Shown: piece after piece, positions 1 through 9,066 of the stretch | How positions within the stretch are numbered: the stretch's first letter is position 1 | Layout: the number at the start of each line of letters is the position of its first letter | Source: Nitrospirota bacterium | Lineage (GTDB): Bacteria > Nitrospirota > Nitrospiria > 2-01-FULL-66-17 | Assembly (NCBI GenBank): GCA_049325335.1 | Contig: JBMOMC010000037.1 | Location: forward strand, 13,487 to 77,486 | Length of the DNA stretch: 64,000 nucleotides | Direction of reading: 5' to 3' | The notes under the pieces: generated by a model | Database searches by the model: none | What the model saw: the letters and a program-made list of their open reading frames with translations, nothing else | What the model was told of the DNA's origin: nothing | Program-made: the position numbers and the translations under genes

Positions 1-721
1 CGGCGAGCCCGATGCTCGCTGAAATTCGTATCGTCTCGCCGACCGGTAGTCCGTCGATCGTTTTGCGAATCGTCTCGGCCACCGCGCGGGCCTGATCCGT
101 ATCGGTACGAGGCAAAAACACCGCGAACTCGTCACCTCCAAGCCGGGCCACGATATCGGTTACGCGAAGGGACTGCGGGATAATGTCGGCGACTCGTCTT
201 AGAATGGTATCTCCCGCGTGATGTCCCAGACGATCGTTGACGGCCTTAAACCCGTCGAGGTCCAGGAACAGGAGGGTTCCTTGTTCACCATATCGCCTGG
301 CCAACGCCAGTTCGCGTTCCAATTCCTTGTGAAAATATTTGGGATTCATCAACCCGGTGAGGGGGTCTAGGGTCGCCTGTCGGGCGAGTTTCTTTTCGAG
401 ACGGTTTCGTATTGCGATGATCCGAATCCCGAAGAGGGACGCGCCGCTCATCAGCAGAAGTCGGGAAAACTCTGGGACCTCATGGGGAAATGTGATGATG
501 AGATACGGAAGATGCAGGACCAGAAACCAAACAATCGCGCTCACACCAATCCTGGGCGTCATCCGGTGGGCCACGTACAGACCCAGGGCCAAGGCCGCCA
601 CATCATGGCTCTCGTGGATGTAGGGAAACACTGGATGGGCCACGACCGATTCCATGCCCGGCCACACCTCCACGAGGTCGCCGAGGGAGAACAGGGCCAT
701 GGCGCACAACACGCCAACCAT
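1..721 (-). CDS. Membrane-anchored diguanylate cyclase (GGDEF), 3' end outside the window
   Basis: Not in the ORF track because it has no stop in the window. Manual translation gives hydrophobic N-terminal segments, then ATLDPLTGLMN...LFLDLDGFKAVNDRLGHHAGD...VARLGGDEFAVFL...ISASIGLA. Start is uncertain (ATG 721 or GTG ~793); an in-frame stop lies near 845. Confidence 0.85.
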   Translation of the reverse strand, partial: MVGVLCAMALFSLGDLVEVWPGMESVVAHPVFPYIHESHDVAALALGLYVAHRMTPRIGVSAIVWFLVLHLPYLIITFPHEVPEFSRLLLMSGASLFGIRIIAIRNRLEKKLARQATLDPLTGLMNPKYFHKELERELALARRYGEQGTLLFLDLDGFKAVNDRLGHHAGDTILRRVADIIPQSLRVTDIVARLGGDEFAVFLPRTDTDQARAVAETIRKTIDGLPVGETIRISASIGLA

Positions 722-1034
722 ACACCACCGTCGACTGTACGCGCGAGGCGCGGAGGCGCCTTTGTTTTCTTGGGTACCGTGTCGGCTGATCACCGGGACG
801 TCTCGACTATGACCGATCTTCTTGAGTCCAACCGCACCGTAAGTCTAGCACACCTGAAAAAACGTGCCCCGAAGGGACCGGGCGGAGCGTGCGACATACC
901 CCCGTCACCCTCTCGTATGCTGATCGGACCGAAGCGCGCACGTATTGATGCCACCCGGCCAGCGTGGGCGCGCTCATCCTATCCAAAGGCCGGGGGATCC
1001 TTGCCTGTGAGTCTCCCTTCCCTAAGCTGACCTA

Positions 1035-1072
1035 AAAGATTCGGGCCCCATCCTCTGGCGAGGACGGGGCCC
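1035..1072 (-). terminator. Putative intrinsic terminator downstream of the small ORF
   Basis: On the minus strand GGGCCCCGTCCTC-GCCA-GAGGATGGGGCCC (13-bp stem with one G:U) followed by GAATCTTTT, just after the stop at 1078. Confidence 0.65.
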
Positions 1073-1077
1073 TTGGC

Positions 1078-1233
1078 TCACGCGGCTTTCTTCTTATGAT
1101 GGCGTTTCTCATGGTGTTCTTCAGTGGGCATCGGAGGAGCAAGCGTAGAGAGCTCGTAGCCGAAGAACACCACCCACCCGATCCCGCCCGAAATGGCGGC
1201 AAACGCGAACGCTACTGAACCCCAATCAACCAT
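1078..1233 (-). CDS. Small (51 aa) single-pass membrane protein with His/Lys-rich tail
   Basis: MVDWGSVAFAFAAISGGIGWVVFFGYELSTLAPPMPTEEHHEKRHHKKKAA. GGAGGGAG RBS lies 6 nt before ATG 1233 and a hairpin follows the stop. Confidence 0.65.
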   Translation of the reverse strand: MVDWGSVAFAFAAISGGIGWVVFFGYELSTLAPPMPTEEHHEKRHHKKKAA

Positions 1234-1519
1234 ACGCTTCTCCCTCCGGTGTGGTCGGCTGCGCACAACACGCGGCCGCGAATCATGACCCGGAAGAGGC
1301 AAGCAAGAAGAAGACCCGCAATGCATAAATGTTGGTTATCAGCTTGAGTATAACCAAATCAATCACTTAGGAAATCAGCGTGCCGACGGAACAAGCCCTT
1401 GATGTGGCCCCGATTACCCTAATCGGTAGCGCGGTTCTCATTGTCCGTTTCTTATCTGTAATGTAATGGATGAGCATATCGTATGGTATTACCTTGGTCA
1501 CCGTATGGCTTGGGGAGAA

Positions 1520-1658
1520 CACGGTGTGGTCGCTCATCCCGGAGATCTCCACGCCCGCCAGTTCCAGGTCTTTGATCGCGGCGCGGAGTTCGTCCAGCGA
1601 ATCCCAGACCTTGATGCCGATGTGGTACAAGCCCCGCCTCCGGCCCGGCGGCGGGCCC
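1520..1658 (-). pseudogene. Duplicated internal fragment of the VOC gene at 4104-4550
   Basis: 1520-1658 aligns without gaps to 4230-4368 (offset 2710) with 3 mismatches (1560, 1567, 1606). It lacks both ends of the gene. Confidence 0.9.
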
Positions 1659-1753
1659 AGGACGGCGTCGACGTCCTAGACGATTTGTCATATCCGGGTA
1701 AATTTAAACGGGATGCGTGCACACACTCCGAAGGAGGACCAACGGGAACGTAC

Positions 1754-3838
1754 ATGGGCACCCCTCTTCGCGTTTTGATCGTCGAGGACTCGGAAGACGA
1801 CGCGACCCTGCTCGTCCACGAGTTGCGGAACCAGTACGACGTGGCGTACGAGCTGGTCCAGACCGCCCAAGCCATGGCGGACGCACTGGAACGGCACACC
1901 TGGGACATTGTGATTTCGGATTACGACCTGCCGAATTTCAGCGCCCCCAAGGCGCTGGAACTCCTGAGAAACAGTGGGATCGACCTGCCATTCATCATTC
2001 TCTCAGGCTGCATCGGCGAAGATACCGCCGTCGCCGCAATGAAGGCCGGCGCGCATGACTCCCTGCTCAAGGGGAATCTGAAACGGTTGATTCCGAGTAT
2101 CCAGAGGGAGTTACGCGAGGCCGATGTTCGGAGGGAGCGCAAGCGGCTTGACAGCACGTTTCGGGCCATCATGGAGTCGGCTCCGGACGCCATTGTACTG
2201 GTTAACCGCGAGGGTCGAATCGTTCTGCACAACCCTCAAACCGAGCGGCTGTTTGGATATTCACCGGACGAACTGCGCTCCCAACCCATTGAGATCTTGA
2301 TTCCCGAGCGGCTTCGGGGTACCCACGTCGCTCACCGGACCAGCTACAGCAGCCATCCCAACCTACGACCGATGGGCGCCGGACGGGAACTGTATGGGCG
2401 GCGAAAAGACGGCAGCGAGTTTCCGGCCGAGATCAGCCTCAGTCCCGTACACACGGACGATGGAGCGTTGGTAATGAGCATCATTCGCGACATCACCGCG
2501 CGCAAGCAGGCCGAAGACTTGATACAGCACATCGCGTTTCATGACCCGCTCACGGACCTCCCGAACCGCAACCTGCTCAACGACCGTCTACTCGATGCGA
2601 TTCGCCGGGACGAGGGGACGGGGCAGCCCATGGCGTTACTGCTCCTAGACCTGGACCGATTCAAAGAGGTCAACAATACCCTGGGCCATGACCACGGCGA
2701 TCGGCTGTTACAGGAAGTCGGCCGGAGGTTGAAGGGCGCGTTGTATGAGCAGGATATGGTCGCGCGCCTTGGCGGGGACGAATTTGCGGTGTGGCTCCCG
2801 AAGATCGCGGACGGCAAGCACGTCACTCTGGTCATTCAGAAAATTCAGGAGGCGCTGAGGTCGCCGTTCATCCTTGAGAATATCCCCATCATCGTCGAGG
2901 CCAGCATCGGCGTCGCCATCTATCCCGATCATGGTGGCGGCGCCGAAACCCTGTTCCGCCGGGCGGACGTCGCCATGTACCAGGCCAAAAAATCCGGAAG
3001 CGGCTATGCCGTCTACAACCGCGACCAGGATCGGTACAACCCCATCCGGCTGGCGCTCATGGGCGAGCTACGCCATGCAATCGACCACAACGAGCTCCTG
3101 CTGCATTACCAGCCCAAGATCGGTCTGAAGACCCGAACCGTCGCCGGGGCGGAAGCGCTCGTCCGGTGGAAGCACCCGAACCGCAGGATGATCCCTCCGG
3201 ATCAGTTTATCGGCCCGGCGGAACAGACCGGCCTGATCTACCCGCTCACCCACTGGGTCCTTCAGGCCGCGATGCGGCAGTGCGGCGAGTGGTGGCGGGC
3301 CGGGGTGAAGATGCCGGTGTCGGTCAACCTGTCCGCGAGAAATCTATCCGATCCGAAGTTACCCGGACAGGTCGCCGACCTGCTGCGTATGACCGGAGTC
3401 TCGCCGGACTGGATGACGTTCGAGATCACGGAAAGCGCCATCATGGCTGATCCGGCGCATGCGGAAAGAATTTTGAATACGCTCCAACAAATGGGGATCC
3501 GGATTTCTATCGATGATTTCGGCACCGGCTACTCCTCTTTGAGCTATCTCAGGAAACTTCCGGTAGACCGCCTCAAGGTGGACAAATCGTTCGTCCTCCA
3601 TATGACGGAAAATGAAGGCGATGCGAAGATCGTGAGGTCCACCATCGATCTGGCCCATAACCTCGGTCTGAAGGTCGTAGCCGAGGGAGTCGAGACCCAA
3701 GAGGTTCTGGACCGACTCACGCACATGGGCTGCGACCTCGCGCAAGGCTACTACATGAGCAAACCACTCCCGGCCCATGAACTCACCCGCTGGCTGAAAC
3801 ATTCGCCGTGGGGACTGAAGCCTCCCGCCGCGGCGTAG
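1754..3838 (+). CDS. REC-PAS-GGDEF-EAL response regulator (diguanylate cyclase/phosphodiesterase)
   Basis: LRVLIVEDSEDD...ISDYDLP (receiver), PAS (APDAIVLVN...GRRKDGSEFPAEISLS), RLGGDEF, AEALVRW, DDFGTGYSS. Start at ATG 1754 after GAAGGAGG; the track's upstream extension runs through the VOC remnant. Confidence 0.93.
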   Translation: MGTPLRVLIVEDSEDDATLLVHELRNQYDVAYELVQTAQAMADALERHTWDIVISDYDLPNFSAPKALELLRNSGIDLPFIILSGCIGEDTAVAAMKAGAHDSLLKGNLKRLIPSIQRELREADVRRERKRLDSTFRAIMESAPDAIVLVNREGRIVLHNPQTERLFGYSPDELRSQPIEILIPERLRGTHVAHRTSYSSHPNLRPMGAGRELYGRRKDGSEFPAEISLSPVHTDDGALVMSIIRDITARKQAEDLIQHIAFHDPLTDLPNRNLLNDRLLDAIRRDEGTGQPMALLLLDLDRFKEVNNTLGHDHGDRLLQEVGRRLKGALYEQDMVARLGGDEFAVWLPKIADGKHVTLVIQKIQEALRSPFILENIPIIVEASIGVAIYPDHGGGAETLFRRADVAMYQAKKSGSGYAVYNRDQDRYNPIRLALMGELRHAIDHNELLLHYQPKIGLKTRTVAGAEALVRWKHPNRRMIPPDQFIGPAEQTGLIYPLTHWVLQAAMRQCGEWWRAGVKMPVSVNLSARNLSDPKLPGQVADLLRMTGVSPDWMTFEITESAIMADPAHAERILNTLQQMGIRISIDDFGTGYSSLSYLRKLPVDRLKVDKSFVLHMTENEGDAKIVRSTIDLAHNLGLKVVAEGVETQEVLDRLTHMGCDLAQGYYMSKPLPAHELTRWLKHSPWGLKPPAAA

Positions 3839-4103
3839 TCAACTGATACGCCGCTGATCACACGTCCATCGGGGCCGAGCTCCGTCTTTCGTCGTTGCGC
3901 ACGAGTGGTGTCCACGACACTCACGACAACGATTTCCCCGCCAATTGTCCATGATTGAGAACGGCGAAACATCGAGGGATCGGTTGGCAGTCTAGCCTTG
4001 CGCCGACTGCCAAGACGCTCAGCGGATCAAGGTGCGGCGCGACGTTCTACCTCGGCGAGCGCGCAGCCGGCGACCACCGGTTCCAGATATACACGCCCTC
4101 CAG

Positions 4104-4550
4104 CTACACGCGCAGCGGCTTGATCGGCGACAACACGGCCGCCGGGTCTTTCTGCCAGATCGCGGGGTCGGCGTCCACGTACAGTTCGACTTCGTTGCCG
4201 TCGGGATCGGCAAGGTATAGGCTCTGGCTCACGGTGTGGTCGCTCATCCCGGAGATCTCCACGCCCGCCTGTTCCAAGTCTTTGATCGCGGCGCGGAGTT
4301 CGTCCAGCGAATCCCCGACCTTGATGCCGATGTGGTACAAGCCCCGCCTCCGGCCCGGCGGCGGGCCCGGCGCGGCGCCGACTTCGATCAGCAGCAATTC
4401 GTGGTGCGTACGGCCGGACGTCAGCGCCGCCGCTTTCCCGTCGAAGATCCGCCCGACTTCCCGGAAACCCAGCAGGTCGCGATAGAACGCCAGCGAGCGC
4501 TGTAGATCTTGGACGTAAAAGACCACGTGTCCCAGGTAGTGAGCCTTCAT
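4104..4550 (-). CDS. VOC family (glyoxalase/catechol dioxygenase-like) protein
   Basis: LGHVVFYV, GLYHIGIKV and SLYLADPDGNEVELY motifs. Confidence 0.9.
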   Translation of the reverse strand: MKAHYLGHVVFYVQDLQRSLAFYRDLLGFREVGRIFDGKAAALTSGRTHHELLLIEVGAAPGPPPGRRRGLYHIGIKVGDSLDELRAAIKDLEQAGVEISGMSDHTVSQSLYLADPDGNEVELYVDADPAIWQKDPAAVLSPIKPLRV

Positions 4551-4682
4551 TGATGCCTCATTCGGTCAGACGTTGACCTGCACCTTGTCCACACAAAACG
4601 ACAGGACGAACCCTCATCCCGCGATAGCCACTATACTCCGGAGTCGGACCAGAAACCAAACCGGTTAAACCATGTAGTGTGT

Positions 4683-5228
4683 TCACAACTTGCCGCAAAG
4701 CTCTTGGAGCGCTAGGACCGTCCGCCAATTCCTCGTGGTGGCCGGCACCCCGAACGCTTTTTCAAAATACGCGTTGTTCAGCTTAGTTCTTCCGTACCCG
4801 TGAGGACAGTGCAGGAACACCACCTGCCCGACCAGCGCGGCCTGCTCTCCTGATTGGGCTGGAAGGGTGAAGTTCTGGAAACGGTTTGCTGAGACGGGCT
4901 CAAAGAGGAACGTGGCGTGAAACAACGTTTCGTCGCTGCCTGATCGTGGCCGCAGCGGACTAGACTTGGCCACGCGACTCAGGTCCTTGGCCGACAAGAC
5001 CAAGACTTCCACCTCATGTCCGAAGTCCTTGGCGATCTGAGCGCGTAACGCCGCGGCGAGTTTACGTGGGGCCGACTGATTCGCGCGAAAGACCACGTTC
5101 CCGCTTTGCAGATAGCTCCGGACATCGTTGAACCCCAAGGCCTCACAGCTCTTCTGCAAATCCGCCATGCGGATTCGCTTTTGGCCCGAGACATTGATTC
5201 CTCGGAGTAAGGCCACGAACGTGGTCAT
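4683..5228 (-). CDS. DUF1697 family protein
   Basis: VALLRGINVSG...SYLQSGNVVF...TTRNWRTV signature. Confidence 0.88.
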   Translation of the reverse strand: MTTFVALLRGINVSGQKRIRMADLQKSCEALGFNDVRSYLQSGNVVFRANQSAPRKLAAALRAQIAKDFGHEVEVLVLSAKDLSRVAKSSPLRPRSGSDETLFHATFLFEPVSANRFQNFTLPAQSGEQAALVGQVVFLHCPHGYGRTKLNNAYFEKAFGVPATTRNWRTVLALQELCGKL

Positions 5229-5238
5229 GGGTCAGGGT

Positions 5239-5787
5239 TCAGGGGTTGGGGCTGAGTCGCGTCTCGAAGGCGATCTGCACGGTTTGCCCCTTATCGCTGA
5301 TCCAGATCTGTCCATCCTGAAGGGTGCACTGTAAGTCCATATCGCGCTGCGCGAACGCGGCCAGAGCACGGCCGGCGTCGGCCGGAATGTTGGTGACCGT
5401 GAGGTTCTTCGAGCGTTCGAGCGTGGCGCGGCTTTGCTCCCACCACAAGTCCGCGCTTCGGCCACCGTAGGTGTAGATGACGACCTGCTTCGCGCGGCCG
5501 CAGGCTCTGCGAACACTTCTTTCATCCGGCTGGCCCACGTCGATCCATAGATCGATGGCGCCGGTCAGATCTTTCTGCCAGAGCGCGGGTTCGTCCTCGG
5601 TGCTCAAGCCTTTGCCAAAGGACAAGGCTTCGTGCGCGTGGCGGATAAAGGCCAGCACCCGCACCATCATGCGTTCATCGGTTTCGGAGGGATGCCGCGC
5701 GATGGTGAGGGCATGGTCCCCATAGTACGGGCGGTCCATGTCCGCGACGTGCAGCGCGACTTTATAAATCGTGGCGGTGAGGGCCAT
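5239..5787 (-). CDS. yaeQ: YaeQ family protein
   Basis: MALTATIYK...ARHPSETDERMMVRVLAF...GLSTEDEPALW...LWIDVGQPD. Confidence 0.92.
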   Translation of the reverse strand: MALTATIYKVALHVADMDRPYYGDHALTIARHPSETDERMMVRVLAFIRHAHEALSFGKGLSTEDEPALWQKDLTGAIDLWIDVGQPDERSVRRACGRAKQVVIYTYGGRSADLWWEQSRATLERSKNLTVTNIPADAGRALAAFAQRDMDLQCTLQDGQIWISDKGQTVQIAFETRLSPNP

Positions 5788-5799
5788 GGCGTCGCACGC

Positions 5800-7719
5800 T
5801 CATTCTGGGGCCGTGGCCTGCGCGTCCAACGCTTCCCAACGCGAGTAACAGACTGCCAGTTCCTTGGTCACCTGCTCCAAACGCGTTAACGTCGCGGTCA
5901 CGATCGCACTCGGTTGTTGATAGAATGCGGCTTGGCCCATCTTGGCGTGAAGCTGGACTTGCTCGGTTTCAAGCAGATCGATTTTATTCGGAAGATCATT
6001 GAGTTCTCGCTGCTCTTTAAAGGAAAGCTTCTTTGATTTCTCTCCGCGTTTTTCTCGGGATGGCGCGGTTGCTGGGACCGATGCGGAGACTCGTGTCAGG
6101 GATTCCGGCGCTGGCGTGGCCTTACCCTGCTGATAGCGCAGCCAGTCGCTGTAGCCGCCCACGTACTCGCCGATCCTGCCCGTGCCTTCGAACACCAATG
6201 TGCTCGTGACCACGTTATCTAAGAACGCCCGGTCATGGCTCACCAGCAGCAACGTGCCCTGGTATTCGAGCAGGACTTCTTCGAGCAATTCGAGCGTCTC
6301 CACGTCCAGGTCGTTGGTGGGTTCGTCCATGACCAGAAGGTTCGCGGGTTGGGTGAAGAGTTTCGCCAGGAGCAGACGGTTGCGCTCGCCGCCCGAGAGC
6401 GTGCTCACGGGCGAGCGCAGGCGGTCCTGGGGAAACAGGAAATCCTGCAAGTACCCGGTCACGTGTCGCGTGCGGCCGTTCACCGTGACCATCTGGTTCT
6501 CCGCGCCCACGCTGTCCATGACCAGGGCCTTGGGATCGAGCTGGGCGCGCTGTTGATCAAAATACGCGACCTGCAAGTTGGTACCGCGATACAACCGGCC
6601 GCTGGTGGGTTCGAGTTCGCCCACGAGGAGCTTGATCAGGGTGGACTTGCCCGCGCCATTGGGGCCGATGAGTCCGATTCGGTCTCCGCGCATGATACGC
6701 GTGGTCAAGTCCCGGATGACCACCGTGTCCCCATACGTGAACGTCACGCCTTCGGCTTCGAACACGAGTTGCCCGGAGCGCTCCGCGTCATCCAATTTGA
6801 GTTTGGCCGTGCCCACCCGCTCGCGTCGTTGGCGTCGCTGCTCGCGCAAGGCCTCCAGCGCGCGCACACGGCCCTGGTTGCGGGTGCGGCGCGCCTTCAC
6901 GCCCTGGCGAATCCACACCTCCTCTTGCGCAAGCTTCTTGTCGAACAAAGCGTTGTGGTGCGCTTCGACTTCAATCGCCTCGGCTTTTCGGACCAGGTAG
7001 TCGTCGTAATTCCCGGGCCATGAACTCAGTTGCCCACGATCCAACTCTACGATGCGCGTGGCCAAGCGTTTGAGAAACGCGCGATCGTGGCTTACAAACA
7101 AAACCGCGCCCGCGTAGCCCACGAGGAAGTCTTCCAGCCAGGTGATGGATTCGATGTCGAGGTGATTGGTGGGCTCGTCCAGCAGCAACACGTCGGGCTG
7201 GCACACCAGGGCGCGCGCGAGCATGGCGCGCCGACGGCGCCCACCCGACAGGGTCTGGATCGCGGCCTCGCCGTCCAGGGCCATGCGTTCCAACACGTCT
7301 TGCACGCGCTGCTCCAACTCCCACCCGTTGTGGGATTCCAACTGGTGCTGGAGTTCGGAGAGACGCTGCACCGCGGCCTCACTGTGCGTGTGCCCCAGTT
7401 CCGCGGCCGTGTGATGGTAGTCCGAGAGCAACCGGCCCGTCTCCGCCAACCCGGCCGCCACCACGTCGAACACGGTCTCATCGCTGTCCTGGGCCACGTC
7501 CTGCGCCAAGTGCGCGATGCGCGTGCCCGGCCTGACCCATACCGTGCCCGCGTCCGGTTTGACCTCCCCGCCCAGGATGCGCAGCAACGACGACTTGCCC
7601 TCGCCGTTTCTCCCGACCAAACACACCCGTTCCCCGCGCCGGACCTCCAGCGAGGCCCGTTCCAACAAGGGGCGTGGTCCATAGGCGAGCGAAACGTTAT
7701 CGAGACGAATCAACGGCAC
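5800..7719 (-). CDS. uup: ABC-F family ATPase (Uup-like)
   Basis: Two ABC domains (GRNGEGKS, LSGG, LLLDEPTNHLD; GPNGAGKS, LSGGE, MDEPTNDLD), linker EEVWIRQGVKARRTRNQGRVRAL, C-terminal KLSFKEQREL; no TM segments. Confidence 0.88.
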   Translation of the reverse strand: MPLIRLDNVSLAYGPRPLLERASLEVRRGERVCLVGRNGEGKSSLLRILGGEVKPDAGTVWVRPGTRIAHLAQDVAQDSDETVFDVVAAGLAETGRLLSDYHHTAAELGHTHSEAAVQRLSELQHQLESHNGWELEQRVQDVLERMALDGEAAIQTLSGGRRRRAMLARALVCQPDVLLLDEPTNHLDIESITWLEDFLVGYAGAVLFVSHDRAFLKRLATRIVELDRGQLSSWPGNYDDYLVRKAEAIEVEAHHNALFDKKLAQEEVWIRQGVKARRTRNQGRVRALEALREQRRQRRERVGTAKLKLDDAERSGQLVFEAEGVTFTYGDTVVIRDLTTRIMRGDRIGLIGPNGAGKSTLIKLLVGELEPTSGRLYRGTNLQVAYFDQQRAQLDPKALVMDSVGAENQMVTVNGRTRHVTGYLQDFLFPQDRLRSPVSTLSGGERNRLLLAKLFTQPANLLVMDEPTNDLDVETLELLEEVLLEYQGTLLLVSHDRAFLDNVVTSTLVFEGTGRIGEYVGGYSDWLRYQQGKATPAPESLTRVSASVPATAPSREKRGEKSKKLSFKEQRELNDLPNKIDLLETEQVQLHAKMGQAAFYQQPSAIVTATLTRLEQVTKELAVCYSRWEALDAQATAPE

Positions 7720-7755
7720 GTGTGCACTGGAAGCCTGATCACGGAGGTCAGGAGC

Positions 7756-8907
7756 TCACCCCTTCTTGCGAACCGCGATCCCGTGCGGATCGTTGGGCGA
7801 CTCGGCGCTCTGATCGCCGATCGGGATGATGAATTCGCGTTTGGCGGACTTGCCCCCGTCCTGAACCGACAACACGCTGACCCCCGGGGTCTTCCCCGCC
7901 ATGTCGTGCGTGCCGGTGGCGGGTTTGGGACCACGCAGCGTCACGAACATGCGGTCCCCGCCCGGCGAGACGTCCAGGAGATCCGGGGCATCGCCCACGC
8001 CGTCGATCTTGCCGACGACCTTCCCTTCGGCGCTCAGCACCGCGACATTGTCGTCCGATCGATTCGCCACCCACACGTGGCGGCCCGCCAGGGCGACCCC
8101 GTGCGCGTCGCGCCCGGTCTCCGTCAACGCGGTCGAACCGATCAGCGCGTCCTTGGAGGCATCGAACACGTAAAATTTGCCGCCCGACTCCGAGCCGGAG
8201 TTGGCGTACATGCGTGTGCCGTCCGCGCTCCGCAACGTGCCGCACCCGTTGGCCTCGATGCCGTCTCGAACCTTACCGAAGGCCTTGGTCACCTTGGCCG
8301 GGGCGGCCTGATCCGCGGGGAAGACTACCACCGCGATGCCCCCTCCGCGCAGGGTGACGTAGGCTTTGGACGAATCCGCCGTGAACATCAGGCAGATCGG
8401 CGCGCGATCCGGAAATTCCACGGCATCCGCCAACTCGGGCGCCTGCTCCAGATCGAGCGCCCGTCCGAGCTTGAACGCGCCCTTGCCGTAGTCGGTCACG
8501 ATCTCGGTCACCTTCTTGTCGTTCTGATTCGCGACCAATGCGCGCGCCCCGTCGGGCGACGGCAGCGCGGCGTGCGCCTGTTGCCCGAGGTCTTCATTGA
8601 AGACGACCTTGCGGTCGGACGCGCGCATGATGTAGACGTGGCCCGACGCCACGTTGGCGATCAACGCATAGTCATGTTTCGGCGAGAACAGGACCATGTG
8701 CGGCTTGGTCCCGCCCAGCGGCGCTAGATCCACGCGTTCGGGTTGCGCCTTCGCGTTCAGCTTGGCCCCGTCGTAGATGAGCAATGCGTTCGCGCCCTGG
8801 TCGAGCACCCAGAGCTCGTACGCGGTCTGGGCGCCTGCAGCGCCTGCCCAGGCGATCCACCCGAACGCGAACACCGAGAACATCAGAAGAGCAGATTGAC
8901 GTGTCAT
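7756..8907 (-). CDS. Secreted YncE/YVTN-like beta-propeller protein
   Basis: Signal peptide, repeated blades (ALIANVASGHVY, VWVANRSDDNVAV, PHGIAV) and AGGAGGGG RBS. Confidence 0.75.
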   Translation of the reverse strand: MTRQSALLMFSVFAFGWIAWAGAAGAQTAYELWVLDQGANALLIYDGAKLNAKAQPERVDLAPLGGTKPHMVLFSPKHDYALIANVASGHVYIMRASDRKVVFNEDLGQQAHAALPSPDGARALVANQNDKKVTEIVTDYGKGAFKLGRALDLEQAPELADAVEFPDRAPICLMFTADSSKAYVTLRGGGIAVVVFPADQAAPAKVTKAFGKVRDGIEANGCGTLRSADGTRMYANSGSESGGKFYVFDASKDALIGSTALTETGRDAHGVALAGRHVWVANRSDDNVAVLSAEGKVVGKIDGVGDAPDLLDVSPGGDRMFVTLRGPKPATGTHDMAGKTPGVSVLSVQDGGKSAKREFIIPIGDQSAESPNDPHGIAVRKKG

Positions 8908-9066
8908 ACTCCCCTCCTGGTAAGAAGACCTATCAGTTTGGGTATCCTCGGCGACGGTATCCTCGTTGCTCCGCCGGGGACCAACCGCATTCGGACCAGG
9001 TCGGTGCGCGACCCGCGCTTGTGGCGCGAGACCGTCGTGATGCGGAACGCAGGAGGCGGGACCGCG

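Noticed and set aside
845..1030. Possible c-di-GMP riboswitch upstream of the GGDEF gene
   Set aside because: Only a weak hairpin with a U-run is present; no class I or II consensus was recognised. An Rfam cmscan would settle it.
1466..1753. 96-aa N-terminal extension of the REC-PAS-GGDEF-EAL ORF, and minus-strand ORF 1367-1630
   Set aside because: Both are by-products of the VOC remnant; the RBS and receiver domain begin at 1754.
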